64,000 nt of DNA, from positions 15,252,001 through 15,316,000 of the forward strand of contig OZ059895.1 of NCBI GenBank assembly GCA_964057225.1. The letters are read 5' to 3'. The number at the start of each line of letters is the position of its first letter. Position 1 is the stretch's first letter. This stretch comes from Auanema rhodensis. Its lineage: Eukaryota; Animalia; Nematoda. A model generated the notes under the pieces. The model searched no databases. It had not been told where the DNA came from and saw nothing but the letters and a program-made list of their open reading frames with translations. A program made the position numbers and the translations under genes. This document shows positions 11,140 to 22,257 of this stretch, piece after piece.

Positions 11140-12065
11140 TTAGTTATTGCAGAGTCCGCATGTTCTACCACACGTTTGCTTCTTTTGGTGCTCTGGATAG
11201 AAGACGCTGGTGCAGTATCCGTTCTTTTTCCATGAAACACAGCTGAAGTAAAGTTTGTAAGGAAGGAAGATGGTATAACAAGGACAAACCTTGGAGAGCT
11301 GTCATGACAAGTACCGTTTCCAGAATTTATCTTTTCGCAGAGTCCGCAGGTACGTTTGCAGTTAGTCTGAATAGATGGAGCGCTTTATGTGATAATCTAT
11401 TTTATTGTTTTTTACTCTCGAGAAATCTTCAAGCCCGTGCATAAAACAGACGGAAGGATTCAAATGACAATCGGGAGCAGCGTCTATGCATCCACCGTCC
11501 ATGCAGAATCCGCAAGAGGCTGGGCAATCTTGAGCAATAATCTCTCTCCATGTTGGATCATTGCACATAGCCTTGGTGATTGTCTTGCAAGCAAGTCTTG
11601 GAACTAGAAAAGCTTCGTGAGCCTATGAATCGAGGTAAAATAAACTTACTGGGAGCATTTTCGCAGCTCCACTCTTTGGTGATGCAACAATATCCACAGG
11701 TTTTGGGACAATTAGCTATAGCGATATCTCTGATTTCAACGTCCAGAGTAGTTCCATCAGAAGACTTTAAACAGATAGATAGAGCTAAACATTTCTAATC
11801 GAATAAAAAGTTCTTACGAAGCAAGCTTTTGGTCGTTCATCTCCTTTACCAACTTCAATCTTTCCTGTATAAATGGCTTCACATGCAGCATCTGCATAAA
11901 CATTTTGGCAATTAGCAGCAGAAGCAAGATACTGTAAGAAGACAATAGAACTATTGAAGTCATGAAACGGATGATTACGTTAGTTCCATCCGTACAGTTG
12001 GTATCAACTGGAGCACCAGCATAAGCTACCATGATGATAGAAGCGAAAATGAGACACTTATACAT
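11140..12065 (-). CDS. Secreted multi-ShKT protein, copy 2
   Basis: Signal peptide MYKCLIFASIIMVAYA; motifs CPKTCGYC, CPASCGFC, CKRTCGLC and CGRTCGLC; exon layout matches copy 1. Confidence 0.9.
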
Positions 12066-12728
12066 TACTAGTATGAGAATTAGATCGTTGCCAGATGATG
12101 ATCTGATATTACCAGTTATGTTGCTTTTCCTTATATAGTCGTCGGTAAAAATTTATTTGTCAGCCTATATGGCTTCATGAAAAGACGTCTGAGCCAATAG
12201 TAAATGCTTTGTCTCCATTCATTTTGGTTGAAACTTTCGTCAAAAAACTCCAAAAATTAGAGCTTTGTTGTCGCCTTATATGTTATTGTTTATAAAATTT
12301 ATTATTTAGTACTTGAATAAACAAAATAAATTTTATATTTATCTTCTTTTCAGTTCAATCAAATAAACTGCTAATCTTTTTACGATGGAAAAACTGTTCT
12401 ATGTGCTGTAGCACCCATTTCATACGAATTTCATGAAAATCCAATATTTTTTTGAATGTAAATGAACCGATTGCTGCTTCACCATTCGTTCAAATATCAA
12501 TGTTTTTATTGCTTTAATAGGAAATGATATAGAATGTTTCTCATGTTATATGTTAAGAAAGAAAAATGTGGATGAAATCATCTTGTCATCCTCTCCGAAC
12601 TAGCTGAGACTGTGAAGAAACAGAATCTCAGCGTTCATTATCTTTTAAATATTTGGTGGTAAGATGCTGATTTATAATACATTTTTATTAAAAAAATATT
12701 TATTTGAAAAGATATAATTATTAATTTA

Positions 12729-14578
12729 TTACGGAATAACGTCAGAGAAATATGCTGTGAATCTGTAAGAAGGTAAAAGTTCCACATACAATTCGTTAAC
12801 TTCCAATTTCACTAAAATGTAAGGAGATGTCGATCTAAACTTCACAACAGATGAGTTACGATCAGGAAATCTGAAAGAGTTAATTGATTTACTTTGGAAA
12901 TGTATATTTAAGCTTTCAATATTGATTGCAATATCTCAATAATAGGATTGACGGACGAGCTTCATGCTAAGGAGCCCAAGATTTACTAAAACTTAAGCAA
13001 ATGAGCATCGAAGCATCAGGTTAATGTTCCATTTATTAAGTTTACAGAAGAAAGCGGAAAAGCAGCTTATCGGGCTAGTTGAAATAGGAGTCTTACCTTC
13101 CCAATATTGGATATCTAACAGTAGGACCATCGTAGATAGTAAGTACATCGAAAGGATTAATTCGAACCTCATAGAACCAGAGTTCAATTCTGAAAAAGAA
13201 TCATATTAATAAAATAATTATGTTTAATTCAAATAGAACCTCCGATAACTTTTGGATGTTAGTTGATATGTGCAATTATAATATGGATAGTTATTTGGAA
13301 ATCGACAACTTGTAATCTGGAAAATAAATTAGAACTGGGAATGATTGATAACTTATCATACCATTCCAGGAGTATATAATACTCCATCATTACAACCAGA
13401 TGATATTTTTCCTGATACAGAAGTAGCGGCTGATGTTACCTCAGTATTCCCTGGTCCAACAGTCATATTTTCAGCTTCTGAATCCGATACTGTGTCGGTG
13501 ACATTCATTTCATGAGCATTCCCTGGTCCAACAGTCATATTTTCAGCTTCTGAATCCGATACTGTGTCGGTGACATTCATTTCATGAGCATTCCCTGGTC
13601 CAACAGTCATATTTTCAGCTTCTGAATCCGATACTGTGTCGGTGACATTCATTTCATGAGCATTCCCTGGTCCAACAGTCATATTTTCAGCTTCTGAATC
13701 CGATACTGTGTCGGTGACATTCATTTCATGAGCATTCTCTGGTCCAACAGTCATATTTTCAGCTTCTGAATCCGATACTGTGTCGGTGACATTCATTTCA
13801 TGAGCATTCCCTGGTTCAGCAGTCATACTTCCAGCTTCTGCTTTTGGAGCTTCATAGCTTGATGTTTGTGTACTCATCAGTTCCGTAGTGTAGTTTATTG
13901 GTACTTGTGTAGTCGTAGAGTTATTGCTATTACTGGTTTGACACACATGAGAGCTAAGCCATTGAAAACAGTATTGAGGAAGCCATTTACCCGAATCAGG
14001 TCCATTTGCATTCATTTTGTAGCAAGTTAGTATATGTGAATTATCTGAAAATAGTTACAGAGTTAGAAAGCTTTCTTATGCATAAAATCGTATAACCTGA
14101 TTCGAAATTAGTAAATGAATCATTAGTGAGTTTAGTACTGTCGTCATACATGCAAAAACCATTATTCACCCTATAACATCGAATTCCAATCCATGCTTCA
14201 TCCCCAGGTTCCAACAAAGAACGAATCAGTTCATTTGACTGAAAGTCATCAATACATCCGTTGTTCTATATTATTCAAGCTCATCACTTACAGCTGCATT
14301 TTTCGGCATAGCAAGATAGCCGTTTTCTTTGTATTCACAATGCTCTGATGCTTTAAAATATGAAACTTCGCATCCTTTGTAAATCGAAAATAAATGTTTT
14401 TTTCCTAAAGTATGAAGAAACGATTTCGAACCTTATAGCAATGCGTATCGTCGCAAACACTTCGGCTGGTAAATTCACATGCTTTTACTATAAATGTTTT
14501 GATTAAAGCAATGAACTAAAACTACAACTTCAATTTACCATAAATGAAGAAAGTCGGAAAAATTAGGAATATCTTCAT
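12729..14578 (-). CDS. Secreted C-type lectin + Ser/Thr/acidic repeat stalk + CUB domain protein (one splice acceptor looks defective)
   Basis: Signal peptide MKIFLIFPTFFIYVKA. CTLD motifs: CYK, ASEHC..GYLA, EAWIGI, GKW..QYC..SHVCQ. CUB motifs: FPNNYPYNNCTYQL and DVLTIYDGP. Confidence 0.8.
13446..13838 (-). repeat. Coding 72-bp minisatellite, about 5.4 copies (24-aa unit GPGNAHEMNVTDTVSDSEAENMTV)
   Basis: Units start at 13447, 13519, 13591, 13663, 13735 and 13807 and are nearly identical. Confidence 0.95.
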
Positions 14579-16385
14579 AATATCCAAGACAACGCAATAT
14601 TACAGAGATAGTGTTATGTATAACATTAAGTAATCCTGCTTTTATACTTTTTTCAAGTTTTAAAAATATAACATCCGGCAATAAGATGGTGAAAAATATT
14701 AATGATAAGAAGTGTAAGCTTGTTGTTGTCATTAAAATTTTTAAAAATTCAAATTAAATCTAATGTTTAGATTGTGATTCATTTTCAAAAAATTTATGAC
14801 AAGCTCATTTTCAACTTTAATCTTTCAAACATACCTTTTTAGATCACATTCCCTGAATTTTCGTAGTGAAATCTCGTCATCAAATGATATAACTAAAAGG
14901 AACTAATCAATCGATTGTATTAACTAATTTGAATTTGAATATGTGTTGTTGTTTTAATTTTTTTCATTTTCAGATAAAGTGCCAAGTAATGCGGTCGGAT
15001 TTTCGAAAAATTAGCATAACATATGCACCAACAAATGCACCCGGATATGTACGCGGAAATGTACGCGGACACGTCTACTGAGCAAATTTAGAATCAAATT
15101 TCATGACAATTGTTTTCTTTTAATATCTATTTATATAATAGTTAAAGTGATGGATTAAATAAACATTTTATATATACATGTACCGTACGAGATTCAGTAT
15201 GATCATACAACATTGAACATATATATTTTTGAAAAAAAAACCTAAATATATATTTTTTTAGATTGATATCATGTTTTGAACCAATTTCTTTTTTTAACTT
15301 TATCTGGATAAAAGTAGCTGTCATAAAATTTGTTTTTCTTCTAATATTCACAGCTGAAACCAATGCCCTATGATGCATTTATCAATTAACTTACTTAGGA
15401 CTGTGATCAATTACAGGACATGACGTGATGGATTGTTTTGCAGCTAAAAATATAAAATATTTTATCATTAGTATCTTAGATAACTATTGCAGCGCATGTA
15501 TGCTGGCAATGATCTGTGGTGGATCTGACAAAATTCGGAATCTCACATATTGGAGGATCTGTTAAACAATATTTTTTTCTCCAATACATCCGTGTAAAAT
15601 CTCATGTTCTTCAAGCTTTTGGGTTATCCTGTGCTAAAGTCCGTTTTTATTCTGCTTATATACATTTAATTACTGTACTGCAGTTTAATCTACGAACAGT
15701 TTAATTCAATTTAAGTACATCGGATAGCAATAAAATCCACGTATTTTCTACATTATCACAATTCCAATCTTTGTACATGCAGCAATAGTCACACGTTTTC
15801 AAGCAATTTATAATAGACGATGTATCTCGCGTCTTCATCAAGTTCGTCGAATCCTGAGCTACTGCAGAGATGCTGTACTTAAAAGTGCAAAAAGATGAAT
15901 CAGCAATATCTCAGATTCATTAACTATATATCACATTTATAGTAATATAGTATATTTTTGCGTCAGTTTCTTCCTTTACCCCACATCTACGTCAGTACCT
16001 ATACCCTAGCGTACTGCTACAAGTTGTTTGCTAGCACTCAGATATACTAAGTACAGTTACCTTTATTCAAAAGAAAAACGATTTAAAATGAATATTTTCG
16101 GAATAGTGTAATAAACTCAATTTCACATTAACAGAGCGTCATTATTCTCTGTATGAACCATATGAAACCATAAATGATTATCATCTAATATGTAATCAAT
16201 CAATGTTTTTAAGTTCAGATTTTCAAACTTTCAGGATAACAGAAACAGGAATTCATATAAATTATGATAACGTAAAATATTTATTCATGTGTGGTCAAAT
16301 CACATGATTTAAGATTTCAGTTTAAGTGAAAAAGTGAAAATTTGAAAGCTCATTTCTAACATCTTCCTTATCATTATGGCGAAAT

Positions 16386-17323
16386 TTAGCAGAGTCCGCA
16401 ACTCTTCTGGCATCTCTTCTTTCTGATCTCGTTGTTGTAGAAGGAATTCGTACAGAATGCATTCTTCACATAGTTGGAGCAGCTATAAATGATATTATAC
16501 TTGTTGGATAAAACTTGAAATCCCTCACTTGGGGTCGGCATCAACGCAGGTTCCTGGGTTAGTTGGGCTCTTAGTTGTGGCTCCTGGGGATGTTTTATCG
16601 CAGAGTCCGCAAGTACGTTTGCAGTTGGTCTACAGACAGCAGCATTAGTTTTGAAAATTTGCTTCATAATCTTACTTGGACAAAGGTTTCGAGACCATTC
16701 ATGAAGCAGATAGATGGGTTGAGGTTACAGTCTGGAGCAGCATCAATACATCCCCCGAGGTTACAGAATCCACAGACAGCTGGACAGTCAGCAGCAATAA
16801 CTTCTCTCCATAATGGATCCTTGCACATCTTGTCGGTTATGGTGCTACAACTGATTCTTGGCACTTAAAGTAGCAGGATTAGGAATATATTCTAGGTTTG
16901 GGGATCATTTACGTCTAGCGTTATCGCACTTGAAAGCTGAAGATTCACAACAGTATCCACAAGATTTGGGACAAGTTTCGATAGCCAAAGCCTTCAATTC
17001 TTCATCAACAGTAGTACCATCAGTGCTCTTAAGAAATATCTGGTTCATAATGGTTTTGAATTTGAACTTACAAAACAGGTTTGAGATCTGTCGACAGCGG
17101 CTCCAGCAACCATACCAGCATCTGGTTTGTAGAGCTTTTTGCAAGAAGTATCAGCTTGAATATTGTCGCAGTTGAAAGCTGTGGGTAAGAACTGAAATAA
17201 ATTGGTTGATGAAGTAATATCATATGAAAAGCTTACGTTGGTACCGTCGGTACAGTTAAGATCAACGATGCCGCCAGCAGAGGCAAAGCCGAGAAGGGCG
17301 AAGAAAACGACTTTAGAATACAT
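16386..17323 (-). CDS. Secreted multi-ShKT protein, copy 3
   Basis: Signal peptide MYSKVVFFALLGFASA; motifs CPKSCGYC, CPAVCGFC, CKRTCGLC and CQKSCGLC. Confidence 0.9.
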
Positions 17324-17859
17324 TGGAATAATGAAAATTGAGCTTTCCTAGCTTTCGTTTTTCGTGCTTAATGAGTACTTCAGCACTTATATAAGACTCG
17401 GAAGCAATAGCGTTCATTGTTTCGAAACATATCTACCACAAGGCTGTATCAACAAAATTACAGTTGATCATATTATTTTGCCGATATTGTTTAAATATTC
17501 GAAACTGTAACTTTTGATCTTCAAATTGAAATTCATGTGGGTCCTTGTTCAGAACAATAATGTATACGACGCCTCCGTTTTTTTTTCAGCAGCTGCATTT
17601 GATTAACTCGACGTGTATATGATATACCTGCAAGTATTTAATGCATGAAACTATCATCAACTCGAGGATTCATGCCTACGCTCTTGTACCGTTTCTATCA
17701 GCTCTCTCATTTCCATACCATGTCATGTATACCGGGTTGCATGCTGATGAAAGTAAGTGGTTTAAGATTTTGAACGACTGATATACTCTCGTACCTTTAA
17801 TTAGAATAGCATTAGAGCGCGATTTAAAATCAAAAATCATTTTATTCAGTTCATTCTCC

Positions 17860-18260
17860 CTCGACCGTCTCCACAATCTCAATTTTTAAACTCAAGTAGA
17901 TTCATAGAAATATCTTGAAGTTTTCATTCCTTAAACTGTGTTCCATTGATCGGAACAAATGGTAATCTGTTTGAGCAAGATCTAGAGAGTATCGAGAGTT
18001 GTGGGCTTGTTTCAAAACCGCCCACCCTAGCTCATGAACCGTCTGTTGAGCTTTTGCAAAACGGTTTGGGCGCTTAGTCATGCAGCAACCCAATGCTATT
18101 GTTTATCAGCCCCTCTTTAACTTCAATGACAGTATAAAGCTTTCTGAGTTGATCAGAATAATATTCTCCATCTATGATTCTTAAATAAGGAGAACGCTCA
18201 CAGAAGATAATTCCATTTTTATTCCATGAAACAGGAGCGGTAATCAGTTAAAAATGATGT
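17860..18260 (-). mobile_element. Degraded mariner catalytic-domain relic; boundaries approximate
   Basis: The translation ELGWAVL...YSLDLAQTDYHLFRSMEHSL matches the mariner YSPDLAPxDYHLF motif, with an upstream WNKNGII...EYYSDQL segment. Confidence 0.8.
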
Positions 18261-19621
18261 GGGCTATTTTGCATGAACTCTACTATGTCTTTCAGTATAG
18301 CATCAAAAATATTTCTGTTATGATGACGTCCGCGCCACATAAACTCACATAAGTAGCTCTCTAGCATCTCAGGCTTAACTCCCCACATCTTTTAAAACAT
18401 ATTTTTCGCTGTGTTCCATAAACCCTCGATTCTATTTGTGTGAGCACCAGTGTTTGGGTAAACGAAATTGTATTAGTCAGAACAAAGCTTAGAAGTTGGC
18501 AGAAACAATCTCTCTGGTAGAAAGCTGTTGGCAGCTTCTTTTTTCTCAACACGCCACTTTAAGGAGAACATAGAGAGGGGTAATATGATATTAATAATAT
18601 TTTTCGTTTCAATTTTAAAATTCTATTATTGTTTTTTTGCACTAACTATATTTACTTTATATTTTCTAAAATTAATATTATTACTCCAAATTATTTTCAA
18701 GCAACTGCGCGAGTTTTTGCAAAAGGGGCGGAGTTAGAATTTGGGCGGGTTATAAACTGTAGTAGAACCCACCCAGGAGCTCCTTTTTGGCAGTTTGTGG
18801 GTTCGCCCTGAAAATAATAGAAACTTCCTGCCGGAGTTAACCCAAAACTTAAGCTTTTTTGAAGTTGGGTTTAATTTCATGAGTTTCTTCAAGACTTCAG
18901 ATACAATTTTTTTATTGTGTTAAGAGTACACTAAAGGTCTATTTTTCTTTTGAACGGGATAATTTGGTTATACGTCGACCAATTTCTCTTCATAGATTTT
19001 TAGTAAAATTCAGATGTTCGAGCTTACTTGTTTGAAGCTATGCTCCAGATAAATCTTTGTTATTGATCGAGCTTGGTGCTTAGAATCATTTTGAAAATTT
19101 TCTAATTAACGTGTTACTAGCCCCAAAATTTTGTTATATCAAAATATTCAAAAAACATTATTTAAATCTATTTTTATTGTAAAAACATATATTTTTTTAA
19201 TTGAATATATACTATATAAACTTGTAAAATTTATGATTTGTTTTGTAATTTGAAACAATTTTTTGAGGACCTAAGGACTCTAAGAAGAGATGGTCCGACT
19301 TTCATCGCATTTGGCTGTTCATCTTGTATGAACAACAGCAAAAAAGTGAGTCCAAAATTTTTCTGAATTTCTTTTGTAAAATTTCGAGTAATGAGTGGAA
19401 CCACGGAACAAGTTCGATACCAATGTATTCAACATTAGTTTTCAATTAAACTTTTTAATTTGTGTGTCGTGTCTTTGTATACTTTGTATGTAATATTACA
19501 TGATAGCGTAAAATATTTATTCATGTGTGGTCAAATCACATGATTTAAGATTTCAGTTTAAGTGAAAAAGTGAAAATTTGAAAGCTCATTTCTAACATCT
19601 TCCTTATCATTATGGCGAAAT

Positions 19622-20559
19622 TTAGCAGAGTCCGCAACTCTTCTGGCATCTCTTCTTTCTGATCTCGTTGTTGTAGAAGGAATTCGTACAGAATCCATTC
19701 TTCACAAAGCTGGGGCAGCTATAAATGATATTATACTTGTTGGATAAAACTTGAAATCCCTCACCTGGGGTCGGCATCAACGCAGGTTCCTGGGTTAGTT
19801 GGGCTCTTAGTTGTGGCTCCTGGGGCTGTTGATTCGCAGAGTCCGCAAGTACGTTTGCAGTTGGTCTACAGACAGCAGCATTAGTTTTGAAAATTTGCTT
19901 CATAATCTTACTTGGACAAAGGTTTCGAGACCATTCATGAAGCAGATAGATGGGTTGAGGTTACAGTCTGGAGCAGCATCAATACATCCCCCGAGGTTAC
20001 AGAATCCACAGACAGCTGGACAGTCAGCAGCAATGACTTCTCTCCATAATGGATCCTTGCACATCTTGTCGGTTATGGTGCTACAACTGATTCTTGGCAC
20101 TTAAAGTAGCAGGATTAGGAATATATTCTAGGTTTGGGGATCATTTACGTCTAGCGTTATCGCACTTGAAAGCTGAAGATTCACAACAGTATCCACAAGA
20201 TTTGGGACAAGTTTCGATAGCCAAAGCCTTCAATTCTTCATCAATAGCAGTACCATCCTCGCTCTTAAGAAATATCTGGTTCATATTGGTTTTGAATTTG
20301 AACTTACGAAACAGGTTTGAGGTCTGTCGACATCGGCTCCAGCAACCATACCAGCATCTGGTTTGTAGAGTTTTTGGCAAGAAGTATCAGCTTGAATATT
20401 GTCGCAGTTGAAAGCTGTGGGTAAGAACTGAAATAAATTGGTTGATGAAGTAATATCATATGAAAAGCTTACGTTGGTACCGTCGGTACAGTTAAGATCA
20501 ACGATGCCGCCAGCAGAGGCAAAGCCGAGAAGGGCGAAGAAAACGACTTTAGAATACAT
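19622..20559 (-). CDS. Secreted multi-ShKT protein, copy 4 (near-identical paralog of copy 3)
   Basis: About 19500-20569 aligns almost base-for-base with about 16264-17333, introns included. Confidence 0.9.
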
Positions 20560-22257
20560 TGGAATAATGTTGAAGCGACTGTTAATGATGTAGCTAATGA
20601 TCAGATCAAGCCTTATATATGATCGGGGAGATGCCTCACCATTGTTTCTCAACACATGTATATAATCAGCTGATTAAATAAAATTAGAATAAAAGTTATT
20701 GAAACTATAATAGTGCAATGATTGTTATATTTGCTTAAGCAGGTTATGTAACATTATCTATCATGTTGTCAATGCAAAATGATATTTTCCGTTGAATACA
20801 TGTAATAGCTTCCTTACGGCAGAAGGTGTATTGTATTGTTCCGTTTTTTCAGCTCGATTTGATTAATCCGATGTGTAATGCCAGTCCACAACTATTATTA
20901 TGGAATATAGCACATAGAAACATCATGAATGCATTTATCGTTATGATTTTTATTCGTCATAATCGATATGGTAAAATCTCGGAAAATCTGGATAACAGCG
21001 ATACCTATACATTAATCATGATTTTCAGGTTTTATAACACTGTGATGTGCTGACTTTCACAATGGAAAACGATCGTGACTCAATTGCAGTGTTCATAACT
21101 TGATAATGGACTCATCTCGTTGACCTTGAATCTATTGCAAGGCAAGTTGCTGACCCTTACCAATCTCTCATTCAGTTAGATTTAACATATTCTCGTATGG
21201 AGATACGTTACTAAAATCGTGCGTGTGCACATATCCTTTTTTTCCCTCACGTCATCAAAAGTTCCGGCAATTTCTAGTGCATAAAACTAGTTTTTACGTT
21301 AAAAAAATACGATAGGATAGCATTAGCAATATTTCAGTGAAGTCTACTCCATTGACCTGTAATGATAACCTTGATAATAGCCTTGAAAACGTGGAGAACA
21401 TTGAGGTTTTCTAGCTTTTACTTATCGTTGCGACTTCCTTCATTTATGTTTTGAGTCCGCTGCGGAACGGTTGTGCTATTTCTCACCACAATTACAAACC
21501 TCCGCCACTCGTCCACGCTATTAATGATGTAAAGCTTTCTCAATCTATTGCTTCAAAATTTTCGTTTTCTTTTCGAAAATGAAGTTTTAATTTCCCAATT
21601 CAATTTATTATTCGAATTTTTAAATAAAAACAAGATTATTCTAATTATGTTGAAATTCATTTTCATTAGCAGCCATTTTATTATAAAATAGAGAATTTTT
21701 CTTTTTTAATTGCAGTTTCGTAAATCGTCGACTAAACTATATTTTTTCTCATATTGTGAGCTTCTCTATCGTGGCAAATACAACTACTGTCCAGTGCGTA
21801 TTTGGCATTTTCAACGGAGCTGAATGGGAACTCAGCCGTTCCTATGACGATTTGTCATGCCAATCAATATTCTAATGAAATTTGAACTCTTTATCTATTC
21901 TATGCAATTATATTTTGAATATAATTTCGTTTGATTATAATGTTTTGCTTATATGACAAAAAGAAAGCAATGTGATGTTCGAAATCATTCTAGAATTTTA
22001 AATTTTTTTTCTACTTCATGCGTTCTAACTAGTATCGGTCATTAGCCTCCGCGACCAGAGTATAATGCAAAGGGTAACGCGGCGTGGCCAGAGCCTATGT
22101 ACGAGAGTAATCGATGCAACGCATCGATCATTTGCTTTTCAAACCTTTTTAATTTTACTTAAAGCTTAAATCGAAATCCCTTATTGCCAACTGCGCTTTA
22201 TCTTGTTTGTGTTTTAAAAATCATACATCAACTATTTTCTATATTATGTATTTAGGT

